Source: an uncultured Lachnospiraceae bacterium (lineage in GTDB: Bacteria > Bacillota > Clostridia > Oscillospirales > CAG-272). From it: a DNA stretch of 64,000 nucleotides. This document shows, piece after piece, positions 42,412 through 51,313 of the stretch. The position numbers and the translations under genes were made by a program. The notes below the pieces were generated by a model. That model was not told the origin of the DNA, did not search any database, and saw nothing but the letters and a program-made list of their open reading frames with translations. Every line of letters begins with the position of its first letter. Position 1 is the stretch's first letter. Location of the stretch: the NCBI GenBank assembly GCA_964464905.1, contig CAYXHC010000001.1, positions 1,097 through 65,096 of the forward strand, written 5' to 3'.

Positions 42412-42591
42412 ACGGCGACGTTGTTGAGGCAATAGTAAAAATGCCATAAAAGAATGTGCGTCAAACTGATAAAATATATTATTATGTACATTGATTTTGA
42501 CGTCGGCATTTGTTATAATTATTCAAATCAAGATGATATAACTGAGAAGAGTCGTTTGCACTCGAGTGTATTCGATTTTTTTGGAGGAAAT

Positions 42592-42855
42592 ATGATATCC
42601 AAAAGCGTCACGATAAAGAATAATGTGGGACTTCACGCGAGACCTGCTACATATTTTATACAGAAAACGAACAGCTACGCAAGCTCCATTTGGATCGAAT
42701 GTGAAGGCGGTAAGGTCAACGCAAAGAGCCTCCTCGGAGTTCTTTCGCTTGGTGTTAATCAGGGAGCAGTCATCAGTCTGATCGCTGACGGAGAAGACGA
42801 GAACGAAGCTATCGCAGGACTTACTGCGCTTATCGAAACCGGTTTTTCCGAATAA
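42592..42855 (+). CDS. ptsH: Phosphocarrier protein HPr
   Basis: The internal ATG at 42592 has GGAGGA 6 nt upstream. His15 lies in the context NNVGLHARPA. The Ser46 region is KVNAKSLLGVLSLG. The product is 87 aa. Confidence 0.9.
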   Translation: MISKSVTIKNNVGLHARPATYFIQKTNSYASSIWIECEGGKVNAKSLLGVLSLGVNQGAVISLIADGEDENEAIAGLTALIETGFSE

Positions 42856-42879
42856 AACTAATGGATTCTATTAAGAAAA

Positions 42880-42904
42880 GCGGACGTGACCACGTCCGCT
42901 TTTT
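42880..42904 (+). terminator. Rho-independent terminator after ptsH
   Basis: Stem GCGGACGTG (42880-42888) / CACGTCCGC (42891-42899), followed by TTTTT. Confidence 0.8.
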
Positions 42905-42964
42905 CATGTTCCTGCGACAAATCACCCTTGCATTGAGGACATCTTTTGTTTATAATAAAAAGCG

Positions 42965-44851
42965 ATGAAAAGAATTGATATCAGCAAAGAAAAAAGCGAT
43001 AAACTGAATAGCCTTTACCGCGAAGCTATGGAGCTGCCGTCTACGTTCGGTGTTTATATAATGCGTGATAAAAACGACAGCATTATATATGTGGGAAAAT
43101 CCAAGGCGTTGAGAAGCCGTGTTTCTCAGTATTTTGCAGATACCGCACACGCCGTCAAAACTGAGCGTATGGTATCGTCGGTGGACCGTTTTGAAACTAT
43201 CGTCTGCGAAACCGAGATGGAGGCGCTGACTCTTGAGGCGTCGCTGATAAAGAGGCATGAGCCGAGATACAATATAAAGCTTAAGGATGCGAAGGCGTAT
43301 CCGTATATAAAGGTGGATATGAGGGTGGATTTTCCGCGGCTGACTATGACGAGAAAGCGCGGCGCTGAAAGATCCACGGAGGCGCTATATTTTGGCCCGT
43401 ATTCGTCTGCGGCGGCTGTGAGAGATATACTGACTTCGATGGAGCGTATATTCTCGCTTCCTACCTGCAAGTATGAGTTTCCCCGCGATATCGGTAAGGT
43501 GGGTTCATGCGTTTACGATCAGATGGGACGATGCTCCGGTGTTTGCCGCGGCAGGATATCGTCCCGTGAATATAAGGAACACCTCAAGGAAGCGATTTCC
43601 GTGCTGCGCGGAGATATACGCGGAGCTGCCACCGCTCTTCATGAGCGTATGATGGAATATGCTGAAGCGGAAAATTACGAAGCGGCGGCAAGATGCCGTG
43701 ACAGTATCGCCTCTCTTGAACGGCTGAAGGAAAGGCAGAACGTGGTGGCATCTCCCGAAACGGAAAGGGACGTTATCGCGTACCACGAGGACGAGGACGG
43801 CATTTGTTCATCTGCGGCGCTTCTCGTTATACGCGGCGGCGCCGTCGCCGACAAGCAAAGCTTCGACTTCGGTGCGGACAGGCTTTTGGGAGCCGACTCG
43901 ATATCGGAGGAGGACGGCATGGTGGAATTCCTTACGGTGCTTTATTCGTCGAGAGAGTATATTCCAAACGAGGTGCTTGTGTCGTTCGATCTGAGCAATG
44001 AAAACAGAGCTCTCATCGGTGAATATCTCACCGAAAGATCAGGCCATAAAGTGACGGTGCGCACTCCCGAAAGAGGAGAGGGCCGCAGACTCGTTCATCT
44101 TGCTCTTGAAAATGCGCGTCATTCTGCGGAGCTTTATAAGTCCCGTGCAAAAAGTGATCTCGATGTTCTCGTTAAGCTTGCGACGATGCTTTGTCTTGAA
44201 ACTGTGCCGGAGCGTATCGAATGCTACGATATATCGAATCTTGGGGCCGAGCATATAACGGCAGGTATGATCGTTGTTGAAAATGGCAAATTCAAAAAAA
44301 AGGCGTACAGGCTTTTCTCGATAGAGGGTAAAAATGCGCCTGACGATTACGCAGCGATGTCGGAGGCATTGCGCCGCAGGGCGGCACACACCGAATGGGG
44401 GGATATGCCCGATCTGATTCTTCTTGACGGCGGTAAGGGGCATGTGGGCGTTGCAAGAGCGCTTTTCCGTGAGCTTGGCATTGATATACCCGTGTTCGGT
44501 ATGGTCAAGGATGAGCATCATAAGAGCCGCGCCATTGCGGGAGATCGCGAGGAGATAAGTATCGCCCGTGAGCAGGCGGTATTTCAGTTTATATATAGAT
44601 TGAGTGAAGAGGTACACAGATTTACAGTGTCGAGCATGAAGCGCGCAAAAGCAAAGACTCTCTCCCGTTCATCGCTGACGGCGGTGGAGGGAATAGGCCC
44701 TGCGAAAGCAAAGGCGCTCCTGTCGCATTTCGGCACTGTGACGGCGCTCCGCGCCGCGTCTCTGAACGAGATCGGAACGGTGGGTGGTATCAGCGAAAAG
44801 AACGCTGCCGCCGTTTACGAATTCCTCCACAAAAACGATGAAAGGAAGTAA
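42965..44851 (+). CDS. uvrC: Excinuclease ABC subunit C
   Basis: It has a GIY-YIG N-terminus (GVYIMRDKNDSIIYVGKSKALRSRVSQY), a UVR domain, an endonuclease V-like domain and a C-terminal (HhH)2 region. The product is 628 aa. Confidence 0.95.
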   Translation: MKRIDISKEKSDKLNSLYREAMELPSTFGVYIMRDKNDSIIYVGKSKALRSRVSQYFADTAHAVKTERMVSSVDRFETIVCETEMEALTLEASLIKRHEPRYNIKLKDAKAYPYIKVDMRVDFPRLTMTRKRGAERSTEALYFGPYSSAAAVRDILTSMERIFSLPTCKYEFPRDIGKVGSCVYDQMGRCSGVCRGRISSREYKEHLKEAISVLRGDIRGAATALHERMMEYAEAENYEAAARCRDSIASLERLKERQNVVASPETERDVIAYHEDEDGICSSAALLVIRGGAVADKQSFDFGADRLLGADSISEEDGMVEFLTVLYSSREYIPNEVLVSFDLSNENRALIGEYLTERSGHKVTVRTPERGEGRRLVHLALENARHSAELYKSRAKSDLDVLVKLATMLCLETVPERIECYDISNLGAEHITAGMIVVENGKFKKKAYRLFSIEGKNAPDDYAAMSEALRRRAAHTEWGDMPDLILLDGGKGHVGVARALFRELGIDIPVFGMVKDEHHKSRAIAGDREEISIAREQAVFQFIYRLSEEVHRFTVSSMKRAKAKTLSRSSLTAVEGIGPAKAKALLSHFGTVTALRAASLNEIGTVGGISEKNAAAVYEFLHKNDERK

Positions 44852-44856
44852 CTAAA

Positions 44857-45423
44857 GTGAGGATCATAACAGGAGAAGCAAGAGGCAAGAAACTTATCAC
44901 TCTGGAGGGCGAGGCGACCCGTCCCACCGGTGAAAGAGTGAAGGAAGCGCTGTTTTCAATGATACAGTTTGACCTTGAGGGCAGGAAGGTTCTCGATCTT
45001 TTCGGCGGCTCGGGTCAGCTTGGCCTTGAGGCGATATCGAGAGGTGCCGCGTCAGCAGTGATACTTGACGCATCGTTGGATGCGGTGAACGTTATCAAGA
45101 CGAATGCGAAAACAACGGGACTTTTTGACAGATGTAGAATATCTGTGATGGAGTATGAAGCGTTTTTGAAGCGCGCTGCGGGCAAGGAGAGTTTTGATAT
45201 AATTTTCCTTGATCCGCCATATAAAAGTGACTACATGAAGCGATCCCTTGAACTTATCGTTAGAGGTTCGATAGCGAATAAAAATGCCATTATCGTTTGC
45301 GAGAGCGAGAATGGGGATGTCTTTGACGGTGATGGCGTGCTGGAGGAAAAATACAAAGTTATGCGTTCGTCTAACTATGGCAAGGCTTGGATCACGTTGC
45401 TCACGCCTTCGGCGGACGAGTGA
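44857..45423 (+). CDS. rsmD: 16S rRNA (guanine966-N2)-methyltransferase RsmD
   Basis: GTG start. It carries MRIITGEARGKKL..., ...LDLFGGSGQLGLEA... and the DPPY motif (IIFLDPPY). Confidence 0.85.
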   Translation: MRIITGEARGKKLITLEGEATRPTGERVKEALFSMIQFDLEGRKVLDLFGGSGQLGLEAISRGAASAVILDASLDAVNVIKTNAKTTGLFDRCRISVMEYEAFLKRAAGKESFDIIFLDPPYKSDYMKRSLELIVRGSIANKNAIIVCESENGDVFDGDGVLEEKYKVMRSSNYGKAWITLLTPSADE

Positions 45424-45450
45424 GATCTGATGTTGGAAAGAGGATGAGAT

Positions 45451-45933
45451 ATGAAAAAAGCGGTTTTTTCGGGAAGCTTTGACCCGATAACGAAAGGACA
45501 TCTTGACGTTATAACACGTGCGGCAAAGATATTTGACGAGCTCTACGTTGCGGTGTGCTACAACACGCAAAAGGGGGGCGGAATGTTCACTCCCGAAGAA
45601 AGGCTCACGCTTATAAACGCCGCTCTCGGAGAGCTTGAATTTGAAGGCACCGTCAAGGCGGAGATATGTGAGGGCCTTCTTGCAGAGTACGCAGCGGCGC
45701 GCGGCATCGATACCATCGTGCGCGGCGTTCGCTCAGCATCGGAATATGAATGGGAGACTGCTATGGCTGAGATGAACCGTGACCTTGGTTCTCTTGAAAC
45801 GGTGGTGTTCCCCACACGTCCCGAGCTTGCTCATCACAGCTCCACCTACTGCCGTGATATGATCATTTACGGACGCGAGGATATGGTGCTTCCGTCTGCG
45901 GTGGCAGAGGCGCTGAAGACGCTGAAAAAATAA
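45451..45933 (+). CDS. coaD: Phosphopantetheine adenylyltransferase
   Basis: AVFSGSFDPITKGHLDVI carries the (T/H)xGH motif. The 160-aa length and the position after rsmD match the usual Firmicutes arrangement. Confidence 0.95.
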   Translation: MKKAVFSGSFDPITKGHLDVITRAAKIFDELYVAVCYNTQKGGGMFTPEERLTLINAALGELEFEGTVKAEICEGLLAEYAAARGIDTIVRGVRSASEYEWETAMAEMNRDLGSLETVVFPTRPELAHHSSTYCRDMIIYGREDMVLPSAVAEALKTLKK

Positions 45934-45950
45934 AATGAACGCGAGTTTTG

Positions 45951-45987
45951 CAGGGTGTGCCCGAGTGTTGGAGCACCCTGTTTTTTT
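45951..45987 (+). terminator. Rho-independent terminator after coaD
   Basis: Stem CAGGGTG (45951-45957) / CACCCTG (45974-45980), followed by TTTTTTT. Confidence 0.7.
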
Positions 45988-46191
45988 ATGCTTTTGTGGG
46001 GGATTTATCCGTGAATAATCATACACCTGTCAGGCTCGTATATGCTGCGTAAAACTATGATTTTGACGCTTTTTGACGAACGGTGTATAAGCCTGCGGCG
46101 ATATAAATCGAAAACCTGAAAAAAGTGACGGGAAGGCTGATGCTTTGGACTAAAAAATCGGAAAATAGTTCTTATTTTTTTGTTTATTATA

Positions 46192-46220
46192 TTGACTTGT
46201 CAACGTAATCGCCGTATAAT
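46192..46220 (+). promoter_or_regulatory. SigA-type promoter of the dcw cluster (P-mraZ)
   Basis: TTGACT (46192-46197), 17 nt spacer, TATAAT (46215-46220). Confidence 0.8.
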
Positions 46221-46225
46221 AACAC

Positions 46226-46251
46226 TGTGGTGGCGTGAAATGGAGTGAAAA
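46226..46251 (+). promoter_or_regulatory. Candidate MraZ operator: GTG-rich direct repeats just downstream of the -10
   Basis: GTGAAA occurs at 46235 and 46245, an exact 10-bp period (GTGAAATGGA GTGAAAATCA). It is preceded by TGTGGTGG (46226-46233). Confidence 0.45.
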
Positions 46252-46298
46252 TCAACGATTTCACACCGAGAAAACAGCCTGAAAGGAGGAAAGATACC

Positions 46299-46724
46299 GT
46301 GAATCGATTCGTTGGCGAATACGCTCAGGGCATAGACAGCAAAAACAGAGTGTTCATTCCCGCAAAGTTTCGCGAGATGCTTGGTGAAAAAATATTCATC
46401 ACCCGTAATTTTGAGGGTTGTCTTTCCGTTTATTCCGAGGCAGGCTGGGACGAATATGCAGACAAGCTTCTGTCTTTGCCGACGACGGAAGGCAGCGGTC
46501 TTATGAGATTCATATTCTCCTCCACCATAGACGTTAAGCTTGATTCTCAGGGGCGTGTCGTTCTTTCTTCTTCCCTTAAGGAATATGCAGGTCTCAACAA
46601 GGACATATATATCATCGGCATGGGCGACCATCTGGAGATCTGGGACAAGGATAGATTCGAGGGCGAAAACACCGTTGAAAAGATCTCGGGATATATAGAC
46701 GTGCTCAAGAAGAACAGCTTTTGA
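46299..46724 (+). CDS. mraZ: Transcriptional regulator MraZ
   Basis: ORF track gives 46245..46724. I placed the start at GTG 46299 with AGGAGG 9 nt upstream. There are two SpoVT/AbrB-like repeats with DxxxR-type motifs (GIDSKNRVFIPAKFR and KLDSQGRVVLSSSLK). Confidence 0.9.
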   Translation: MNRFVGEYAQGIDSKNRVFIPAKFREMLGEKIFITRNFEGCLSVYSEAGWDEYADKLLSLPTTEGSGLMRFIFSSTIDVKLDSQGRVVLSSSLKEYAGLNKDIYIIGMGDHLEIWDKDRFEGENTVEKISGYIDVLKKNSF

Positions 46725-46732
46725 CGCAAAAG

Positions 46733-47752
46733 ATGAAGAGCAAGAAACATAATAAGCATAAGGCTCCCGAGAGTGTGAAAGCAGCTCCCGTCCGCGGCGG
46801 CGGAGAGGCGTCCGGAACTTTCTCCCACGTGTCGGTTATGCTGTGGGAATGCATCGAGGGACTAGATATAAAACCCGATGGCGTGTACGTTGACGGTACG
46901 GCGGGCGGAGGCGGTCACTCCTTTGAGATTGCGTCTCGGCTTGATGGCGGCAGATTGATCTCGATCGACCGTGATTCCGATGCCATCGCCGCGTGCGGCA
47001 AACGGCTTTCTGCTTTCGGTGACAGCGTTACGCTTGTACACGATAATTACAGAAATCTCGAGGCTGTTCTTCAAGGTCTCGGTATAGATAAGATTGACGG
47101 TATGCTTCTGGATCTGGGTGTCAGCTCGCATCAGATAGACACCGTTGAAAGAGGGTTTTCATATAGCGCATCCGAGTCGGCGCCTCTCGATATGAGGATG
47201 TCGCGCGACGACAAACTGACGGCGTACGAGGTCGTTAATGAGTATAGCGAGGCTGAGCTTCGTAGGATCCTTTTTGATTACGGTGAGGAAAAATTCGCCG
47301 CCCGTATAGCACAGAGGATCGTGGAGGCGAGAGAGGTCTCGCCGATAGAAACGACGAAGGAGCTTTCCGATCTCGTTAAGTCTGCGGTGCCCGCCGCATC
47401 CGTTGAGCGTGGCTCGCACCCTGCAAAGCGAACCTTTCAGGCTGTAAGGATCGAGGTGAACGGTGAACTTGACGGAATAGAGCCTGCACTCAAGGCGGCT
47501 ATAGCGGCACTGAAACCCGGCGGCCGTCTTGCCGTGATAACGTTCCACTCCCTTGAAGACAGAATAGTGAAGCGTGTCTTTGCCGAGGCGGCAAAGGGAT
47601 GCGACTGTCCCCCGGATTTTCCCGTTTGTGTGTGCGGTAAAAAGCCGATACTCAGGCAGGTGAACAAAAAGCCTATCACGGCAAATGCCGATGAGCTTTC
47701 CGGAAACACAAGATCAAAAAGCGCGAAGCTGAGAGTGGCGGAACGCTTATAA
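46733..47752 (+). CDS. rsmH: 16S rRNA (cytosine1402-N4)-methyltransferase RsmH
   Basis: It carries HVSVMLWECIEGL..., YVDGTAGGGGHS, ...ITFHSLEDRIVK... and a Cys-rich CDCPPDFPVCVCG segment. The start is ATG 46733, or TTG 46721 overlapping the mraZ stop. The N-terminus has an unusual basic extension of about 30 aa. Confidence 0.9.
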   Translation: MKSKKHNKHKAPESVKAAPVRGGGEASGTFSHVSVMLWECIEGLDIKPDGVYVDGTAGGGGHSFEIASRLDGGRLISIDRDSDAIAACGKRLSAFGDSVTLVHDNYRNLEAVLQGLGIDKIDGMLLDLGVSSHQIDTVERGFSYSASESAPLDMRMSRDDKLTAYEVVNEYSEAELRRILFDYGEEKFAARIAQRIVEAREVSPIETTKELSDLVKSAVPAASVERGSHPAKRTFQAVRIEVNGELDGIEPALKAAIAALKPGGRLAVITFHSLEDRIVKRVFAEAAKGCDCPPDFPVCVCGKKPILRQVNKKPITANADELSGNTRSKSAKLRVAERL

Positions 47753-47780
47753 CATAAAAATTACGAAAGGAAAAGATACC

Positions 47781-48752
47781 GTGACAGAGCGTATGATCGG
47801 CGGCTACGACCCCGCAACGACAGGATACAGAAAACCGAATACGAAATCTGCGGCACCTGCCAGAGTGCGCGTGTACCCCGATGCTGATTATGCTTCATCT
47901 CAGCTCGTTACAAAGCTCCGCGCAAGAAAGCCTGTCTCGGGTGAAAATCTTAATCGTGCAAGATCCGAGGATCTGATGCAGAACGCATATAAGACTATGC
48001 CGACGAAGAATGCTGCACGCCGTGCGCAGGCAGCCAATGTCAGTGAGGTCGCTCCTCGTTTCAATAATAACTATAGTGCATATTCCAGCGTGAACAAAGC
48101 TGCGGCTGAGGAGGCAAGAAAACGCGAGGCAGAAGCGAGAGCAAGGTCTGCTCACGCGGCTCATCCCGTTGCATCTGCAGGATCTGCAGCGGCAAATACA
48201 AGACCTGCACAGTCTGCGGTAAGTAAGGCTCCCGTGGCTGCACGTCCTATGGCGAAGCCGGCTCCCGTGAAAAAGGCTCCGGTTGCCGCTTCCGCTATGG
48301 TAAAGGAAGTGAAATTCCGTAATTCCGGCGTATCCGAGCAGCTTGCAGAATCCGGCCCCCGCGAGGTTTTATATAAGCGCGTACCGTTCCCCAGATTCGC
48401 CGTAATGATCCTTCTTATCGCTGTGATTTTCTTCCTTATGGTTCAGAGTATAATGAAGAATTTCGAGTATAAGCAGGAGATATCACGTCTTGAAAGTCAG
48501 CTTTCCGATCTTAATGACCGCGCCGAGGAATTAAGACTCGAACTCGAGGAACGTGACGATCTTGCAGAACTTGAGCGTCTTGCTGAGGAGATCGGTATGA
48601 TCAAGGATGCAAGTGTTGACGAAAAATACATAAGCCTTGAAAACAGTGACGTTATCGAAAACTTCACTAAAGACAAGGAGGATCTTGGTCCCGTCACGAC
48701 GATGCTCAGCGCCGTTAACCGTCAGTTGTCCCGTTTTCTCGGCGGCGAATGA
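47781..48752 (+). CDS. ftsL: Cell division protein FtsL-like (single TM plus coiled coil) with an N-terminal low-complexity extension of about 205 aa
   Basis: The GTG start has GAAAGGAAAAG upstream. The TM segment FAVMILLIAVIFFLMVQSIM lies at about aa 206-224. The coiled coil EISRLESQLSDLNDRAEELRLELEE follows. The position between rsmH and the PBP gene is the usual FtsL slot. Confidence 0.75.
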   Translation: MTERMIGGYDPATTGYRKPNTKSAAPARVRVYPDADYASSQLVTKLRARKPVSGENLNRARSEDLMQNAYKTMPTKNAARRAQAANVSEVAPRFNNNYSAYSSVNKAAAEEARKREAEARARSAHAAHPVASAGSAAANTRPAQSAVSKAPVAARPMAKPAPVKKAPVAASAMVKEVKFRNSGVSEQLAESGPREVLYKRVPFPRFAVMILLIAVIFFLMVQSIMKNFEYKQEISRLESQLSDLNDRAEELRLELEERDDLAELERLAEEIGMIKDASVDEKYISLENSDVIENFTKDKEDLGPVTTMLSAVNRQLSRFLGGE

Positions 48753-48892
48753 ATCCCGTCATAAAAAGGGAACGCTCTAAATACAAATATAAAGAACACA
48801 AAAGAGTAAGGAGACTTAAGTTATTAAAGCTCGTTACTCTTTTTAAGTAATGGAAAAAGATGCGGTATGCTGCATCGGAAAGGAGGTCTTAC

Positions 48893-51277
48893 GTGAAAAT
48901 CAACGAACGAATAACGAAAAGGGGCATAGTGGTGCTTGTGGCATTCATACTCTTGTGGCTGCTTATGTGCGGAGTGCTTTTCGATATACAGATACTGTCC
49001 TACGACTATTATCAGAAAAAGGTGATAAATCAGATAACGAAGGAGACCTCCGTTACTGCTGAGCGAGGCGATATCTACGACGCTAACATGAATCTTCTCG
49101 CCGGAAATAAAACGGTATGGCTCGTGTTTATCTCACCTCAGGATATAATCAACGCTATGGGGAATGAGTTTTCTATATACGCTCTTGCTACCGAAGATGA
49201 TAAGGTGAGGGTAGGTACTCTCGGTAAGCTGGGTGACCTTCACGAAGCGTCGGAGCTTTATATCTACACTGATGCCGAGGGGAATTCATCGTCGTACACG
49301 ATGGATAAACTCGTGGCCAAGGGACTTTCCGAGATACTTGGCGTTGATTATAACAATGTTCTTGAGCTTACGAAGAAAAAGAACCGCTATTACGAGGTTA
49401 TAAAGAAAAACGTTGAAAAATCGGAGGCGGATATCCTTAGGGAATTTATCGATGAATACGGTCTTGAGGAACAGATACATCTGACTGCATCCACGAAACG
49501 TTATTATCCCAACAATACCCTTGCCTGCCACGTGATCGGTTTCGTTAATTCCGATGGCGACGGTGTTTACGGTATTGAATCCTACTACAACGACATACTT
49601 AAGGGTACGTCGGGAAGCTACATCACGTCGCAGGGCGGGTGGGGCAATGATATGCCCGATTCTTATGAAAATTATCTTTCCGATGAGGACGGACTCAGCG
49701 TTATCACCACGATAGATTCCTATATACAGTATGAGCTTGAATCTGTGCTTGAGGAGACACTTGCGGTGAATAAAGCGGGCAACCGCGCCTCGGGCATCGT
49801 TATGGACGTTAACACCGGCGGCATACTTGCTATGGCAACGGTGGGCGGATATGACCTTAACGAACCCTATACGTTAACGGAGTATTATCAGACAGCACTC
49901 GATGCCGCCGGCCTGACTGAGGGAACGACTGAATATAAGACGGAATTCTACAACCAGCTTTATACTATGTGGAATAACAAGGCGGTAACGGAGCTTTACG
50001 AGCCCGGCTCCACCTTCAAGATAATCACAAGTGCCATGGCGCTGGAGCTTGGCGTTGTGACTACGTCCGATAATTTTACCTGCTCGGGAAGCATAAGTAT
50101 TGAGGGATATTCGAGTCCCATCTCCTGCCACAAGCGCACGGGACACGGAAAGCTTAATTTTGCGAGCGCTCTCCAACAGTCGTGCAATCCCGCTTTCGTT
50201 AATATGGGATTCCGTATAGGACGTGATAATTTTTATAACTATTTCAAAATGTTTGGTTATGGATCAAGGTCGGGGATCGACCTTCCCGGCGAAGCTTTGA
50301 CCATCTATCACAGCTATCAGGATTTCAGCAACGTTTCTCTTGCGGTGTGTTCGTTCGGACAGACGTTTAAGGTAACACCCATACAGCACCTTTCCGCTAT
50401 CGCTGCCGTTGCAAACGGTGGGTATCTTGTAACGCCTCACGTTATGAAGAGCGTTGTTGACGATGACGGAAACATTATCGACACTTATACGAATGAAACA
50501 AAGCGTCAGGTCCTCAGCCAAGAAACTTGCAGCATCCTCGCGTCCGTGCTTGAAGAGGGTGTTTCCGGAAACGGTGGTGCCAAGAACGCTTACGTTGCCG
50601 GTTACGCTGTTGCTGCAAAAACGGGGACGTCCCAGAAGCGCGACAAGCTTGATGAAAACGGAGAGGACACACTCCGAGTCGGATCCTGCGTCGCTTTCGC
50701 GCCTGCAGACGATCCTCAGGTGGCGGTCCTTATCCTCGTTGACGAACCCTCCGGCGACAGTGTATACGGTTCCGTTGTTGCGGCGCCCTACGTCTCCAAG
50801 CTTCTTTCCTTCGTGCTACCGTATCTGGGATTCGAACCTCAGTATTCAGAGGAAGAAATTGCAGCAAAGGAATCCGTCGTGAGCAAATACGAGGGACTTA
50901 CCGTTACTACGGCGGTGTCGCTTCTTGAAAAGAACGGATTTGAATATCGCATCGTTGGCGATGGTGACACTGTTACGGCTCAGTCTCCTGCTTCGGGAAC
51001 GATTGTTTCTGAAATAACCAAAACTATCGTTATCTACACGGATGGTGAAGAGCCGAAGAACACCGTTGAAGTCCCCGCCGTTGTGGGTAAAACTGCAGAG
51101 GCTGCAAACAGACTTATCATAAACGCGGATCTCAATATCCGCATAAACGGTGCCGCAAACTTTACAAGCGGCTCCGGTGCTACCGTTATCTCTCAGTATC
51201 CCGAAGCAGGCACGAAGGTGCCGGAGGGAACCGTTATTACGCTTGAATTTATGCATTTGTCGGATATAACCGACTAA
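48893..51277 (+). CDS. Class B penicillin-binding protein (FtsI/PBP2B-type transpeptidase) with two C-terminal PASTA domains
   Basis: ORF track gives 48860..51277. I placed the start at GTG 48893 with AAGGAGG 6 nt upstream. Catalytic motifs are STFK, SCN and KTGT. Two PASTA repeats occupy the last 130 aa or so. Confidence 0.9.
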   Translation: MKINERITKRGIVVLVAFILLWLLMCGVLFDIQILSYDYYQKKVINQITKETSVTAERGDIYDANMNLLAGNKTVWLVFISPQDIINAMGNEFSIYALATEDDKVRVGTLGKLGDLHEASELYIYTDAEGNSSSYTMDKLVAKGLSEILGVDYNNVLELTKKKNRYYEVIKKNVEKSEADILREFIDEYGLEEQIHLTASTKRYYPNNTLACHVIGFVNSDGDGVYGIESYYNDILKGTSGSYITSQGGWGNDMPDSYENYLSDEDGLSVITTIDSYIQYELESVLEETLAVNKAGNRASGIVMDVNTGGILAMATVGGYDLNEPYTLTEYYQTALDAAGLTEGTTEYKTEFYNQLYTMWNNKAVTELYEPGSTFKIITSAMALELGVVTTSDNFTCSGSISIEGYSSPISCHKRTGHGKLNFASALQQSCNPAFVNMGFRIGRDNFYNYFKMFGYGSRSGIDLPGEALTIYHSYQDFSNVSLAVCSFGQTFKVTPIQHLSAIAAVANGGYLVTPHVMKSVVDDDGNIIDTYTNETKRQVLSQETCSILASVLEEGVSGNGGAKNAYVAGYAVAAKTGTSQKRDKLDENGEDTLRVGSCVAFAPADDPQVAVLILVDEPSGDSVYGSVVAAPYVSKLLSFVLPYLGFEPQYSEEEIAAKESVVSKYEGLTVTTAVSLLEKNGFEYRIVGDGDTVTAQSPASGTIVSEITKTIVIYTDGEEPKNTVEVPAVVGKTAEAANRLIINADLNIRINGAANFTSGSGATVISQYPEAGTKVPEGTVITLEFMHLSDITD

Positions 51278-51313
51278 AAGAAAGGAAAGAAAGGCATCAA
51301 ACTTCACAAGCTT

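Noticed and set aside
42454-42591. N-terminal extension of the HPr ORF (133-aa version)
   Set aside because: The extension would cross the predicted promoter. The internal ATG 42592 has a strong GGAGGA RBS and gives the canonical 87-aa HPr.
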